Source: Lingula anatina (Eukaryota; Animalia; Brachiopoda). Taken from it: DNA of 64,000 bases. The notes under the pieces are model-generated. The model was not told where the DNA came from, searched no databases, and was given only the letters and a program-made list of their open reading frames with translations. Below, in pieces: positions 51,601 to 64,000 of this stretch. The position numbers and the translations under genes are program-made. The stretch spans positions 21,142,001 through 21,206,000 of the forward strand of contig CM120646.1 of the NCBI GenBank assembly GCA_051362555.1. The letters run 5' to 3'. How positions within the stretch are numbered: position 1 is the first letter of the stretch; each line of letters opens with the position of its first letter.

Positions 51601-54600
51601 TCATGTTGATTTGTGATGGTGTTATTGTCTATAAGATGAAAAAATTGAAGGCAAAAGTTGCTCCAGCAACTTCCACAGAGAACTTGCCACCGCAGCAGCA
51701 GCAGCAGTCACTTGCTAAAACTGAACTTCAGCTTACCAAAACCATGTATATCTTGATGCTGAACAGCTTTGTTTGCAACCTTACTCCAAGTCTTGTGTTG
51801 AACCTCATATCCATTGGCCCGGAGGCACATATTGTTGCCTCATCACTTTTTCAGCTCGCGCGATCAGTGGACCCCATCATATTGTATGGCAAAAACATGG
51901 CACTCAGAGAAGCAATTCACGCAATGTTTAAATCTTGTTACTGCAAAGCATGACTGTCTTAAAAAGAAAAGACCACTGGCAAATTTGAAACATTGCCAGG
52001 AATGTAATCTTGAAGCTGTATCAAGAGGTAACTAATGTGTTTCACAATCAAACATAAGAAGTGCTGCAAAGGTGAGAATCAAATGAGAGACCAAATTATG
52101 ATTACTTAATAGTTTACTTTTATTATCATTAGTTATAATGTTCTTGTTAATCAGTTACTCTTTATTAATTCTTTATTAATTCAGATCACAATTCATCCAG
52201 TGCACATTACAATATCCATCTATTGTAAAAGTGCACATGCACTGTTATTTTGTCAATTATTATGTTATTTCCATTAGGTAATTCTCCCAATCTGGGTTTT
52301 TCTCTCCTATTGTATTTATGTGTCACATTATAACCATTACCACTGTTATCAAATTCACTGAAGAAAGCCAACCAATGTTTAAACTGTACAATCTCTTTGT
52401 TAACTGTCAGGTTATTTTGATATTAAAATATTGTAAGAGCCAGGTGATAAAATGCACGCAGTAATCATTGATAGAAAATGAAGAACGTGTAATTATCAAC
52501 ATATATGTTGTGGCAAATTCAAAAAAGCCATACAGTGCTCTTCTAAAGAACATATTGATTATACAGAGCAGGGGCTATGAACATAAGTTAGGTTGTTATG
52601 CAGCAATTTAAAACAACACGCAGTGAGGTTGGTCTTCGATGTCTAGATCCAGTGTGTCATTCAATATTCACGTCAAACTTAACATATGGATATTGTACTA
52701 CTTCTCTAATGTAATGCTTTACTTGTTTACTATTCTTCTTATAACGAAAATGTAAAATCAGTTTATTTTACAGAGCCTGTAAAGCATGCTGGATTTGGAC
52801 ACAACATGTAACTGTAGAACATCGTGTGTTCAAATTATATCATATACTTATATGTTATACTGTATATTAAAAAGCCACTTGAATTGGATTTTTTATTCAA
52901 TTTTTACTTCAATTTTTATGTACAGAAACAGATGTGCTGTCACCTGTGTCTGCCATCACCATGCCCTTTCAATGATAACATGATTAGTGAAAAACCATTT
53001 TACCTTTTGCTTTTAAACTTAAGAACTGATTAACATTCATAAAATACAGGTTGAGTTCAAAAATCAGCTTGATCAGACTATCTTTACAAATTAATGTTAC
53101 CTTTTTTCCCTTTTTTCAGCATATGTGGAACACTGATAACACATCAAGAAAAACCAATAAGCCTATTGTCTTGAAACTCATAGGAGTGATCAATCTCATT
53201 GTTATACAGATCAAGTTAAAAAATTAGCTTATTGGTTCAGTTTTGGTAAATTTATGCCTTTTTTTTGTATATAAGTGTTTTTTCCTCAAATTTCATTCTT
53301 AGGCATGGTAACAGTCTCATTATTGAACTAATTGGATATATAAAAGTGTCCTTTCAACATTTTCTGCATCTTAACAACATTGTTAGTTAATTTTGTAAAA
53401 ATGATTGCAAACTTGTTATTATGTATTGTGTAATAAACTATCAAAAATGAAAAACTCATATCATTGCAGTTTGTCAGATTCAATCATTCACTATATTCAG
53501 AATCTCAGAATGGAGCAAAATTGTTCTACTGATATGTTTCCACCTCAACAATTTTTTCAGTTGATCATATAAAGAAGACAGTAAATTGATTGTTTTGTTT
53601 TATGTAAAGTGTTGAAAATGTAAAGAAACACATTTCAGTACAGTTATCTCTTGAGTGCATATTGACATTTTCAAGGTGTTACTTAAAAATTTCATTGACC
53701 TGAAGATCTTTACTAGTCACATTTTCAAAATATCCATGTTACCTGCAGTGCATTAATAAAGATTGGTGGTGATGATGCTGGATAAGCATTATGTAATGTT
53801 GAATCAAAATTGAAGAAAACCCTACTTTGGGCAATTCAGCTGGAAAACAAGTCTGAAGCAGTGAAGGGTTGATTTTTCTGGAAATTATACCGTTTCTTTT
53901 CTTTTTTTTTTTTGTGAAAATTTCATTTTTCCCATATTGGCACTTTCAAGGTATGACTTTGGGCCTCCATGGGCTTGAAGACACATTTCCTGAATACCCA
54001 TGACACATATTTTATTATCAAAAATTGATGGTCATTATGCAGAAATGTAACATTGCATAAAAGATAAAGAAAGCCCTTTTTTGGACATTGCTGCCAGGAT
54101 GACCATAGAGGGGAAACTATGTTACTTATGATTCTCAAACTTACAGAAAAGAAACATAGGACTAAAATGCACCGTGAGCTATCTAATTGACTTCTTTTTC
54201 TGGAAGTAATACATTTTTGTGAAATTTTCATTTTTCACATATTGGCATTTTCAAAATGGGACTTAGAACTTCCATGGGCATGAAGCCCAATGATAATCAA
54301 ATTTTCTAAATGTTCATCTTATTAATTGTAGATAATTAAAAATTGGTGGTAATTTTACCACTAATCATCATGTTACATTGCATCAAAATTGACAAAAACC
54401 TACAATATGCACTGCTACCACAAACGTTACGAAAAGAAAACTGGGTTACTTCTAATTTTTTTAACTTACAAGAATGATTCTTAGGATTGACATACAGCTC
54501 AAATTAGAAAACCAGCTTTATCTTTTTTCTTGAATTTATGCAATTTTTTGAGAAATTTTCATTTTTCTAATTCTGGCATTTTCAAAGTGTGGACTTGACC

Positions 54601-57600
54601 TCTCATGGGCCTGAAGCCTTATGCTTGCTACACATTTTACTTACACTGGTATTACCTGTTGTGCATAATCAATATTTGATGATAACTTTGCAGTTAAGTA
54701 TGATGTATTATTGCATCAGAATTGACAGTAGCCTATTTTGTGCATTACTATTTTCTGCTTTTCATCTGTACATTTGTCAGCTTTGCTGCCTTGTTTAGTT
54801 TTAAATGGCCTGTCAAACTAACAGCATCTCCCATCACGCACATTTCGCATTTTCACAAAAGAAAATGGCAGGGTGTTTTGTATTGTAATTGTGTGCCGTG
54901 TATATTACAGATTTTGCAAGCTGGGTAATCAGTGTACACAAGGTATGTGTCCGATAAACTTTTATCTTATAGGGGTTTTATTGTCTTTTGAATCTAAATT
55001 TGGAAATATAAAAAGCTTTGCAGGAAATGAATATAACTGTTAGGGATTTTCAACCCCATGGAGAAATACATGGAAAAAATGTTGGGTGGTCTTTTAATAA
55101 ACATTCCTTATTCAATCACTAGTGATTACTGCAAGATTCCCTGTAGTGCTTCATTAGTCTTCAACTTATTTGTCCAACTTCCATTTCAGATATGGATAAT
55201 TTACAGACATCATGCAATTAGCACAGTATGTTTGTTTGGGTAGATTATCCATGGATCTGAAGAATTAAGCCATGTAATGGTGTAAACAATCCGACATTAC
55301 TTTTTTTGACAGGTTTATATAAATGGGTTTGAAATGTGATTTAAATAACAGAAATTTTCTGTGAATCTCAACTAATATCCCCAAATATTCCCTATATTTG
55401 ATGAAAATTAATTTTAAATTCATGTAGTTAAAATTCATTTGTATTTTAGTACTTGTTATTAGAAGAAATAGAAGTTTAATTCACTACACAGCCTCGAAAA
55501 AAAATGAAAATATTAGAACATGTATAAATGAAGGAAAAACTGATGATGTGGTATAGGGTGTTTGTCAGCTGATTGAAAGTGCACATTATTCTTTGAGTAC
55601 ATGTAACTATACCACCGTTCCAACTACCAAAAAAAGTGAAAATGCATGATTTGATAGGGATTTTTATGATGCAAAAAACAAAAAAACAAAGTCCCTAAAT
55701 CATTGAAATTTTTCAAAAATTCAAAATCTCAAGAGCACATAGCACATTATAAACAAGAACCATTTATAGAAAATTTTGGCCCGTTTGACCTTGAAATAAA
55801 GGTCAAAGGTCAAATCCATATTTGGAATCTTCACATATGACTTTTGGTCAGACTTCTATAGTAATTTTTTTCCATAATTCCTTTGGTTTGGGAGATATTT
55901 GACACTGAATTTTCAAAAATTTTGACAAGGGTGTGTTTCAATGAGCATCACGCCCAGGCCAATGCACCGACTGAGACAAAAACCAGGGGGTTTGAGATTA
56001 TATGTGACCTACATCCAAGAGATGGGGACACGGGTCCTTGCGGTCTAGGAGGAGAAGCGGTAAAGGTGACTTGTATCTGGCGCCAGAACGCAGAGCCGGC
56101 GGAGATGGCGGAGCTGTACGAGATGGGTCAGGACTAAAACCATGAGTTCCACCAGTGAACACGCTGATGGTACTAATTAATCATAAACTGTCAAATTAAA
56201 ACTCCATTATTTCCATGTGCCAATTGATATCAGAACATTTTGGATGACTGGAGATAATAACTTGAACACTATGATTAATTTATAAATTTTTTTATGTGCA
56301 TTGCACTTTGTAATTGCAATGAGAGTAATAATATTTATTAGTGTGGCATTCTAATAAAAGCAAATTTGATTGACCAAATTTCAAAAAGCATTGCTCTATG
56401 CTTGTTTTCTTGCTTTCTGTCTTTGACAGACTAGGAGACAATTATGATAATTTAGATTGACAAAAAACAAATTATTCTCAGAGATTTTGATATCACTATT
56501 CATAATAGCACTGATTTCACAGTCCATGACCTGTGTATATTATGCAATTTTTCTGTCAGTAAGTCTAGACTGCATGCTATGCCTGGAAAGGAGCTTACTG
56601 GTACTGACTGGGTTTATGACCATCAAAATACCAAAATTAGGTTTTAGTGCTGCATCTAATTATTCAAAGATGCTCTTTGCTGATTAAAAACAAGGAAATC
56701 TCCTTGCTCATCTTTCGCATTTCTAAGAATAAGCTTAAAGCACCTCTGAGCGCATATCATCATTTCAAAGTCTTTCTATTTTGAGGTGAGATACCAATTG
56801 GTATGGGGTATAGCTTCATCCCTGAACAGGATCTTATCACAAAAATTGGCAAAGGTGACAACAAGTGTAGGGGTTTCAATCCCATGCCATCATTTTGGTT
56901 TAAATGTTTTTGTCATGGAGTTAAGAGCCCTTTATTACAGTGACTCAGCACAAAAAGCCATTGCTTTGACATTTTTAAGAAAAATTGCTGGCAGGATTTT
57001 AAAGTACTCAATGGTGTCATCAAATTGGCATAGAAACAGTGGTTGTGGGTGCTCTTGTAAAGGAGAAATATGATAAACCAATTATGCATCATTTTTCCTG
57101 AAATTGCAATAATGATGTCATTGTAATGACAAAAAGACATCTGTGTAAATGCAAAGGAATTTAGTCAGTGAATACTGAAGATTCATTTATTATCCAAAAC
57201 ATGTACTTAAAGCCAGTAATTTAGGAGTTTTTTTAAAACTCTGACAGTACCCATTATATTAAGTGATGTGTTGTGGTCAGTCTTCTACTTTTCTGTATTT
57301 CCTTTCTCATGACACTTTTCAAATCAATTATATTTTTGAATTCAGCTATTTAATTTTGTCAATTATATAATAATGATGATGATGATGATGATGATAAAGG
57401 TATGGGAAGATAGTCTGAGAAAGTACCTGTTACAACCCCTGATAAAGGCTAATCATGAATTGTTTTAAAAGGGATGCAACTTCCCTAGGGAAGAGTTTTT
57501 TCTTTCTTTTTTTTCTTAACAACAGGCTCCTTAAGTTTAAAGAATATAAATTTCCTTCACCAACAATTTCACTGACAAAATAAACAAACCAAACATGTCT

Positions 57601-57908
57601 TCACAGCTGATTATAGACAATAATTAACTGTGAATTGACATACAGCACATGAAGCTTGCTGACATCCGTGAAATCTTTACAGTAATATGGCAATCCTCAA
57701 TTGCTTGTTACTTACCAAACAAACCAAGGTGCTCTTCAGCAAATCTCACCTGGCTTAACCCCCAAAGCTATAAGGGATTTTCAGTGGGACATCTTGAAAC
57801 TACATAAGTAGAGGATCAGAGAGGCAATATCGCCTCTGGGTATTGTACCACTAGCTGGAGTAATTGCATTTGAATAGACCCCCCCAAAAAAAAAAAAATA
57901 AATAAATA

Positions 57909-57940
<32 letters not shown>

Positions 57941-59857
57941 GGGGGGACATCACTTCCAGTGTTGTGCTTGGCAAGCTCTACAAAATGCAGTAAATAAAGG
58001 TTCTCAATTTTTTGTAGAAAATTACAATTTATGACAAAATCATGGGGAAAAGTAAAAGGTCATATCCAAGGTTGCAGTAAGATATGGAAAATAGGACTTC
58101 CTATCCAAGTTCAAAATGAAATATGTAAATATAAGAGCTTGGAAATTTGCTAAGTGTAGTTCATAGTAAAAATCTATCAAGCAACAGGTGATGTTAGAGG
58201 TAAAATGCACCAAAAAATAAATTTCTGATGAGAAATTTGAGCTATGATCATTCTTTAGGTTGGTAATTTCATTATTTTTGAAAACGCATACGAAGCATGT
58301 GTAATACATATAGTAACTATATGCATCTATTTACCTCTATTGAAAAGGGTTGATTGAAGCACAAATTTTTGATTAGTAAACGTTTTCTATGGCAGTAATG
58401 AGGCTAAACACACGTGACAACTAGGTTGGTAAAATGAAGATTTTCAAAATTGCTGACAAAACGCCATAACTAGAGTTTCATCATCAACAATTAAAAGGAC
58501 CCAGAGTTTGTAATATACCTTTTCTTATGTTTTATGGGTTGTAAAATATATTTTTCTTTATGTTAGCACTGCCATTGTTACATATTAAGCGGAGTTTGGT
58601 TACTTTGCTTGTTGACAGTTTACTGTCAAGCTTGACAGAAAAGCCAGATCTCAGTCAGTCAAAACGCAGATTGATAAGATATCTCAAGTTCTGCTGTATG
58701 TGCATTATAAGGAATAATCAGAAGTATCCTAACCTCATATACATATCTACAAGTAATATTTAGTCAGATAGATGGTTGGGTGGAAGCATTTAAACAAATT
58801 ATTTCAAAGCAATCTCAACTTTTAAAGTTTGCGTCTTTTATTTCTAAAAATGCTGACTTCCCATTTGCTATAAAGAAAAAAGTTATGGAAGCAACATTGA
58901 TGTCTTCTGTTCAGTATAGGTGCCAGTCCTGGCTATGCAAGTTTTAAGGCAGCATAGTCATCTTACTTCGCAATTATCAAAACATTACTGAACATCATAC
59001 ACTCCTAATAACATAATTCTAGCTGAACTAGTCATATCTGAACTGAGAGCAAGGGTATGTGCTGCGCAGATTCATATATGACAAAGATCCTCATTCACAA
59101 TCTGGTGTGGCAGATGACCCTTTTATGCACGTGTGACAGATGTATAGGGACAGCGGTACCAGGGAAGCCCAGTATCTGACTGAAGTGCTTAATTCTAACA
59201 ACATTATACAGGCAAATATAACCATAATAAAAAATTGAATTAGAAATTCAACTAGAACTAAATCACTAACATATTCAAAGGTGAATCCTAATCTGACTAC
59301 ACATGATACGTACTCATTAAACAATCTTAGTGAACAAGACAGGATAGCCTGTTCTTGGTTGCGGCTGAGTGCCCATAGTTTAGCTATAGAAACGGGGAGA
59401 CAGTCACGCAGTCCAAGAAATACAAAACTTTGTAAATGTGGAACTAATGAACATTATGTTCAGACGGAAGAACATGTGATCTGTAGTTGATTAAAAAAAC
59501 GAAACTGTGAAGATGTGACTACAACAGATTGGACTTATCAAGCATTATGACTTTCTTTAACAATACGGATGACATTTGTGCAATGGCTAATTATGTTTAC
59601 AGCTGTTTGATGTTGTCGAGTCATTAATTGCATATGTGACTTGCTTCTCATTTTGTTAGTGTATCTATAAATATATTTCAATATTGTTTTCAGCTGGTAG
59701 TTGGTAAAATTAAAATCTATCTATCTAGAAGTCTGGCTTGAAGCTGAATGCCCATGTTATACAACATCCATCAAATAAATGTGAAAAAGTAATAGTTATT
59801 AACCATTTTTTATCAGTTACCATCAGAATATATATTAGGTAATAAAGGAAAAATTGA

Positions 59858-59902
<45 letters not shown>

Positions 59903-60165
59903 AAAGTTCTTAATCTTAAATTAATTTTACAAATGAAATGGCAGAGAGAGAGAGAGAGAGAAGGGGGGAGGGGGAGGGGGGATAGAAACGCTGTATGAGA
60001 CGAGGGAAAGTTTTCAGGCAATACCTGTAGGAAGACAGGCTGCAATATGTGTAGTTGTCCTGTATGGCCTGGTAGAGGTAATATAGTGTGAAATCTGCCT
60101 TCATCACAGCCACTATATTGTCACTGGGAGTGTGTTGCCTGTCAGCTCTGGTATGAAAATCACAA

Positions 60166-60203
<38 letters not shown>

Positions 60204-63200
60204 GGCCAGACAAAATTGATAACTTAAGTTGGTTAACAAGTGTGACCAACCTTAATTTTTGGAAAAAAAAAAAAAAAAAAAACGTTTTTCATACATATGC
60301 ATTTTTTTTCAAATGGAAAATATGTAGTGGGAGAAAATTTTACAACTGACCCTAGGAAAACCCTATTAGAAAAGCTGTTGTTTTTATGTTCAAAATGGCC
60401 AACACCATGGAACTGCTTTCTTCTCCATAAAACAACACCAACTGACTGCTATGCCCATTGCACATTTTAAAAATGCATGCCATAATACAGATATAACTTA
60501 CCTTGCCTCATATAAAGTCCTGCTCAGTGTTATCACATAGCCAGAACCCCATGGATCCAGATACGGTGCAGACACCACATTTTTACCTTTGTCCATCAAG
60601 CTCCTCTGGAACCTAAAGTGAACCATGGACTCATTATTATGTACTAGCAAATGATAGATCACACAAATTACTGAACAACAAAATAGTTAGAATTTTTTTG
60701 TTCACCAAAATGTCACAGATCCTTATTTTGCCAAAATATATATAAAACTATGATTCCCATCCTTTGCCTCTTAATAATGTAAAACTATATATGTAAACTG
60801 AGACAATTATCACAAAATAAATTAATACACCAAAAGCCAGACCAAGTACCAACTTGGAGGGCAAAAAATTTCATCCAACTTAAATTAAGAAAAATCTGTA
60901 GTAAAAGTAACTATTAGCCTTAAACAGAAACCACCTTTTTATAAAACAGGGACTATATTTCATTTTACTGGACTATGGTTTTGTATTGTGGGTATCAAAA
61001 TAGACTAGCACCTTTTGTCTTTAAGTTAAAGCCAACCCACAGTGTAGAGTTCTCCTGGACAGGTGGACCCAAGGGACCATTCCCAGACACTATCATACTA
61101 ACTGAGGATCGATCTATATCTGAGGGGATTCTCTTTATATTGCTATCAACTTAAGCAGCTTAGATGTCTGTCAGCCTATATAACATGCTAGGGGGTAATT
61201 TATTATGGCTTAGCAGCTTTAGTAGGCGTCCCAGACATCATAGCCACTTAAGCTGAAAGCAATTTAGCGAGAAACCCTTTGGAGATGGGTCGATCCTGTT
61301 AGATTGATCTAGGCATGGAAACCCAGTCTAAGACTCACCAATCAGTTCTGGTGTGGTCATAACTCTTAGCCAGCTGTGTCCCAGGGAATACTCTGACCAC
61401 ACCGTCCATGGTGCCTATAGACCTCCAGGTTATGTAGTCTGCACGTTTCTTCCTCCAGATGACTTCTGCTCTGTAAGTGACCGCCACACTGCCCAGGACT
61501 GAGTTCTAGGAGGAGATAGTTCAAAGTGCTGAACTATGTGTATACCACATTTTATAAGTGTATAAAAGACCATTTCAGTTCTGGAAGACCATTTCTGCAT
61601 CAGTTCTTCAAACAAATAGTGGAGAATAAAAAAATCATTCCTTTGTGAGACACAATTCCCTTAGCAAAATATTAGGCCTGCTGCAAGGTCACAGCAAATT
61701 TGCTACAATATTGCTGCAAACTGCAATTCCTTTTTGCAAATTAGCAGCAAGATTATTTTTCTTGCGAGCTCCTGCAAACTAGTTGCTGCAATATTGCTGC
61801 AAACTTTTCATTTTGCTAAGGGAAGTGATGAAAGATCTGCACATGTTAGTCTCCATCTGTGAATATTTCCCTGATCATTGTATACATATATATAATACTA
61901 CCTACTTGATATTAACACTAGCTGACTCTCTGCACCAGTACAGTGACAGAACAGTTCTAGAGTCTAGGAAGCATTTGTGTGGACACGTACAGGGATCTCA
62001 AAACTGAAAAATAAAATAAGGAAAACTAACCTTCAAGCCAGGGTTTTGTGAGCTCTGTCCTGTGAGATATCTCTCATATTGTGTGACATTGGTGGCTGTT
62101 TCCTCAGTGTTCAGATAGTGATATGGCTGCCTGAAGGCCCCTGGGGTGAGCATCACTGCACTAGAGTCTGCAATATGGACAATATCACATATTGTAGAGA
62201 ATTACAGAGATAATTATACATTATCACATATAGAACCAGCATCTACATTTTCTCTAATCGACATGCTGACAGTTTACTATCATACAAATATGTTTGGTAC
62301 AAAAATTATCACAAACTTGTGATTGCATTCTTTAAAATGTTTTCATTGACTGAAAGCTGAGAAAAATTCATTTAAAATTAGAAAAAGATACAAAATGAAA
62401 ATCTCTCACCTTTGGTTGCATACTTAAAGAAGTGCTTGCATGGGATGGAATCCGACTTCAGGTCAAGTCTGTGGTACCTAAATATAGATGGCAGCACAGT
62501 AGGAGGGGAGATTTCTGTATTCTTGCTACCATCTGATATCACCACACACACAGACCAGGTACTGCCTGCAACCTGGAGGGAAACAGAAAATCAAAGTCCT
62601 GGGCTCTCTCTCTCTAGAATAAAACTTATTTTAATCAACTTGTTATTTCATTGTTTTTTTTAATTTTATTTCTTCAATAAGTTTTCTGTATTCTGTATAT
62701 GTCATGGAACAAAAAAATTAATAAATGATAAAATTTGTAGAAAAAAGTGAACTGAAATGTTTAGCATTTGTTTAGTCAAGATAACAAAACGAGGGAGAAC
62801 CTAAACAGTTTGTTCCTTGGCTGGGAGAAAAAATAAAAGACAATCTGGATCGCTTATAAGTTCTAACAGTTTAATTTACTACAGACTGGCCGATATTTTA
62901 CTTATATATTGAACTTATTTAAATAACTACTATCCACATCTCTTCAATATGTTGCTCAATGCCACAAGTTTTCAACTATATCTCTGCAGGTTACTTCTTG
63001 CTATATGCAGGTAAATACAAATGTTTAATTTATTAACAATCAGAGATTTTATTTGAAGCTGAAATCTTACTGGTGCCCAGTAGTAATGTGACATGACATT
63101 TGTTATGCTAACACCTTCTCTGAACACATCTCCTCTGGCCTGTGTTCTGGTGGAAACAAAGCTGCTGTTACCCTCCTCACCCCTGAGAAGAAAAATAATG

Positions 63201-63753
63201 TTTCAAGAAGGCTCTCTCACATATCAGTGCGTTTTTAATAACAGCGGCTAATGATAAAAATATTACAAGCAATAAAATATGTAATTCATCCTTGTATTGT
63301 TGTTATTTTGCTTGAAGCTTTACGAATATGTCAACGAAACTTTCATGTCTGTGAGACGTATGGGAAAAAATTTGTTAAATTTTCCTTTCAACAGAAAATG
63401 GTACTTTATCAAAATGGAAACATCTTTGTGGACCAGCCTGTGTTTTGTCTATGAAATAATAAAAATATCTACTACTAACCTGATCATGGAGCTAATCACT
63501 GATTTAGCAGCAGGTGCCCTCTCTAAGTGATGAATATCCACAAAGATGGGATCATCTGGGTCATCATAGGGTCTTGGCAGCAGAGGGTGGGAATATGTCC
63601 TGCCATAGCCATTGATAACAAAGGCATAGCTCAGTTCACCCTTGTCAAAGTAGGTGGCTTCAGAGAGGAGTTCACTCATGGCAACATCGGAGCAAGCTAC
63701 ACCAATCAGTCGGCCACTGTGGTATGCAGGCAAGCAGATGGAGGTGATGAGAC
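38058..63753 (-). CDS. CACHD1: VWA and Cache domain-containing protein 1-like (alpha2delta-related), 3' 14 coding exons; 5' part lies beyond the window
   Basis: Exons 63753-63480, 63182-63071, 62572-62410, 62167-62031, 61505-61339, 60612-60502, 60147-60025, 46789-46690, 46504-46409, 45808-45677, 45267-45149, 39635-39510, 39077-38950, 38602-38058 splice in one open frame. Motifs SYAFVINGYGRTYSHPLLPRP, YHRLDL, NPGLK, VRVFPG, APYLDPWGSGYVITLS, CFMIDSSGYLVVH, ECECPC, CFSVVGCSWC and a C-terminal TM match CACHD1 as I recall it. May be a paralog rather than the strict ortholog. Confidence 0.9.
40392..40576 (+). mobile_element. Short non-autonomous Helentron-type (HINE/DINE-like) element
   Basis: 5' aactagaaaagcactccgagagtgcagACCTCTGCCAAGG and 3' ataacctCCTTGGCAGAGGTaa: 13-bp subterminal inverted repeat plus 3' hairpin, in an A-rich site. 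Confidence 0.65.
43725..45110 (+). repeat. ~161-bp tandem satellite array (~8 units) inside a Helentron-type element with GAC microsatellite and terminal hairpin
   Basis: Anchor aaaaagtgaaaaaacagcat recurs at ~44221, 44383, 44544, 44705, 44865, with degenerate units upstream; followed by (GGCGAC/GAC)n ~45020-45060 and hairpin TATGTACAGACACA-tc-TGTGTCTGTACATA (45077-45106), then A-run. Confidence 0.85.
45945..46113. mobile_element. hAT-like MITE; degenerate copies at ~39987-40150 and ~51110-51270
   Basis: Ends CAGGTGCGGAT ... ATCCGCTCCTG; internal sequence shared by three copies in the window; no clean TSD. Confidence 0.55.
48510..49547 (+). CDS. Intronless class A (rhodopsin-like) orphan GPCR, 345 aa, nested antisense in a CACHD1 intron
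   Basis: Seven hydrophobic segments; N-terminal sequons NKT, NES, NGT; TM1 GN; ECL1 WxxGxxLC; TM3 end LIGFQRC (DRY position); TM4 W; TM7 DPIILY; helix 8 LREAI; C-terminal cysteines. Confidence 0.9.
   Translation: MLNDYNKTYLESTEGFSLINESGFQTELLQNGTQTFSMESVSVPLRVFILTLKGIFVILGAVGNTSIVAAILQMPKFHKSAYYILICSLTFNNAMVSFLETFPQVLAFTIPDWDIGERLCTFSFYVKLPLLTTSALLLALIGFQRCILISSKPGDALANKLKSPKYIGGLIALAWLLPMLFIIQTTFVCRGKVILYNPESLLCMYDIRKKPCHSMAIFMALHVAASVIMLVCDCAIVYKMKRLKAIVASATSTENLPPQQQQQSFLAKTELQLTKTMFLLMLNSFLCNLAPSFVSSLISIGPEAYIVASSLFQLARSVDPIILYGKNTALREAIHAMFKSCFCKA
51300..51953 (+). pseudogene. Truncated tandem duplicate of the GPCR
   Basis: High similarity to 48632-49547 but lacks the ATG/N-terminus and has a ~256-bp frameshifting deletion at ~51407 (equivalent to 48740-48995, TM2-TM3); downstream flank also duplicated to ~53335. 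Confidence 0.85.
55640..56175 (+). mobile_element. Helentron/HINE-like repeat; related copy at ~47705-47905
   Basis: Shared blocks aaaattttggcccgtttgaccttga, gtctaggaggagaagc, gtcaggactaaaaccatg and a 3' imperfect hairpin in both copies. Confidence 0.5.
58790..59727 (+). mobile_element. 3' fragment of a decayed non-LTR retrotransposon (LINE)
   Basis: Broken frames with KKKVMEA..LMSSV, TPNNIILAEL and RLSAHSLAIETGR...LCKC...QTEEHVIC (C-terminal CCHC-type region of LINE ORF2), ending in ATTAAA and an (ATCT)n tail. Confidence 0.8.
61658..61822. mobile_element. 165-bp MITE
   Basis: Perfect 13-bp TIR CCCTTAGCAAAAT ... ATTTTGCTAAGGG with internal gctgcaa and caatattg repeats. Confidence 0.7.
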
Positions 63754-64000
63754 CTGAAAATATTTACGAACAAGCTAACAACAGTGATTTTAAATAGGAA
63801 GCAATTTATAGCCAAACAAATATAAAGCTAAAGAACTTTTGTAAAGGACCTGTAAGGAAAGTGACATCATGAAAATACACATCCAACAAAGCACAACAAA
63901 ACGCACACATAAAACACAGAAATAGTTGCCACATATACACTACACCAAAAAAGTTTAGAAACATGAAAGTGTTATTCAATAATAAAAAAAAAGTGTGAAA

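Overview
AT-rich, intron-containing animal DNA, probably a lophotrochozoan invertebrate (inferred from the hemerythrin gene and the repeat types); it is not prokaryotic, so most ORFs in the supplied track are spurious. By manual splicing I can support: the last exon of a fibrillar collagen (411-554, +); a solo LTR with a 5-bp TSD; a possible type II membrane-protein exon; tRNA-Thr(AGT); a complete 4-exon myohemerythrin-type gene (5504-6926, -); a tandem-DCX doublecortin-like kinase gene (DCLK3-like, 18244-31050, +); a decayed multi-exon kinase pseudogene facing it tail to tail; and the 3' 14 coding exons of a CACHD1-like gene (63753-38058, -), whose 13-kb intron holds an intronless class A GPCR and a broken tandem copy on the opposite strand. 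MITEs, Helentron-type repeats and a LINE 3' fragment fill the introns. The most unusual signals are: (i) the DCLK gene has no in-frame ATG for its first DCX domain except one cut off by an in-frame TAA that is followed by a CARYYA readthrough-type hexamer; (ii) a triplicated exon-1/donor unit in hemerythrin intron 1 creates 23-nt candidate poison exons; (iii) kb-scale inverted repeats bracket an in-frame 447-nt four-exon block of CACHD1. These are hypotheses; nothing here proves a new system without transcript data. Homology calls rest on recalled motifs, not database searches.
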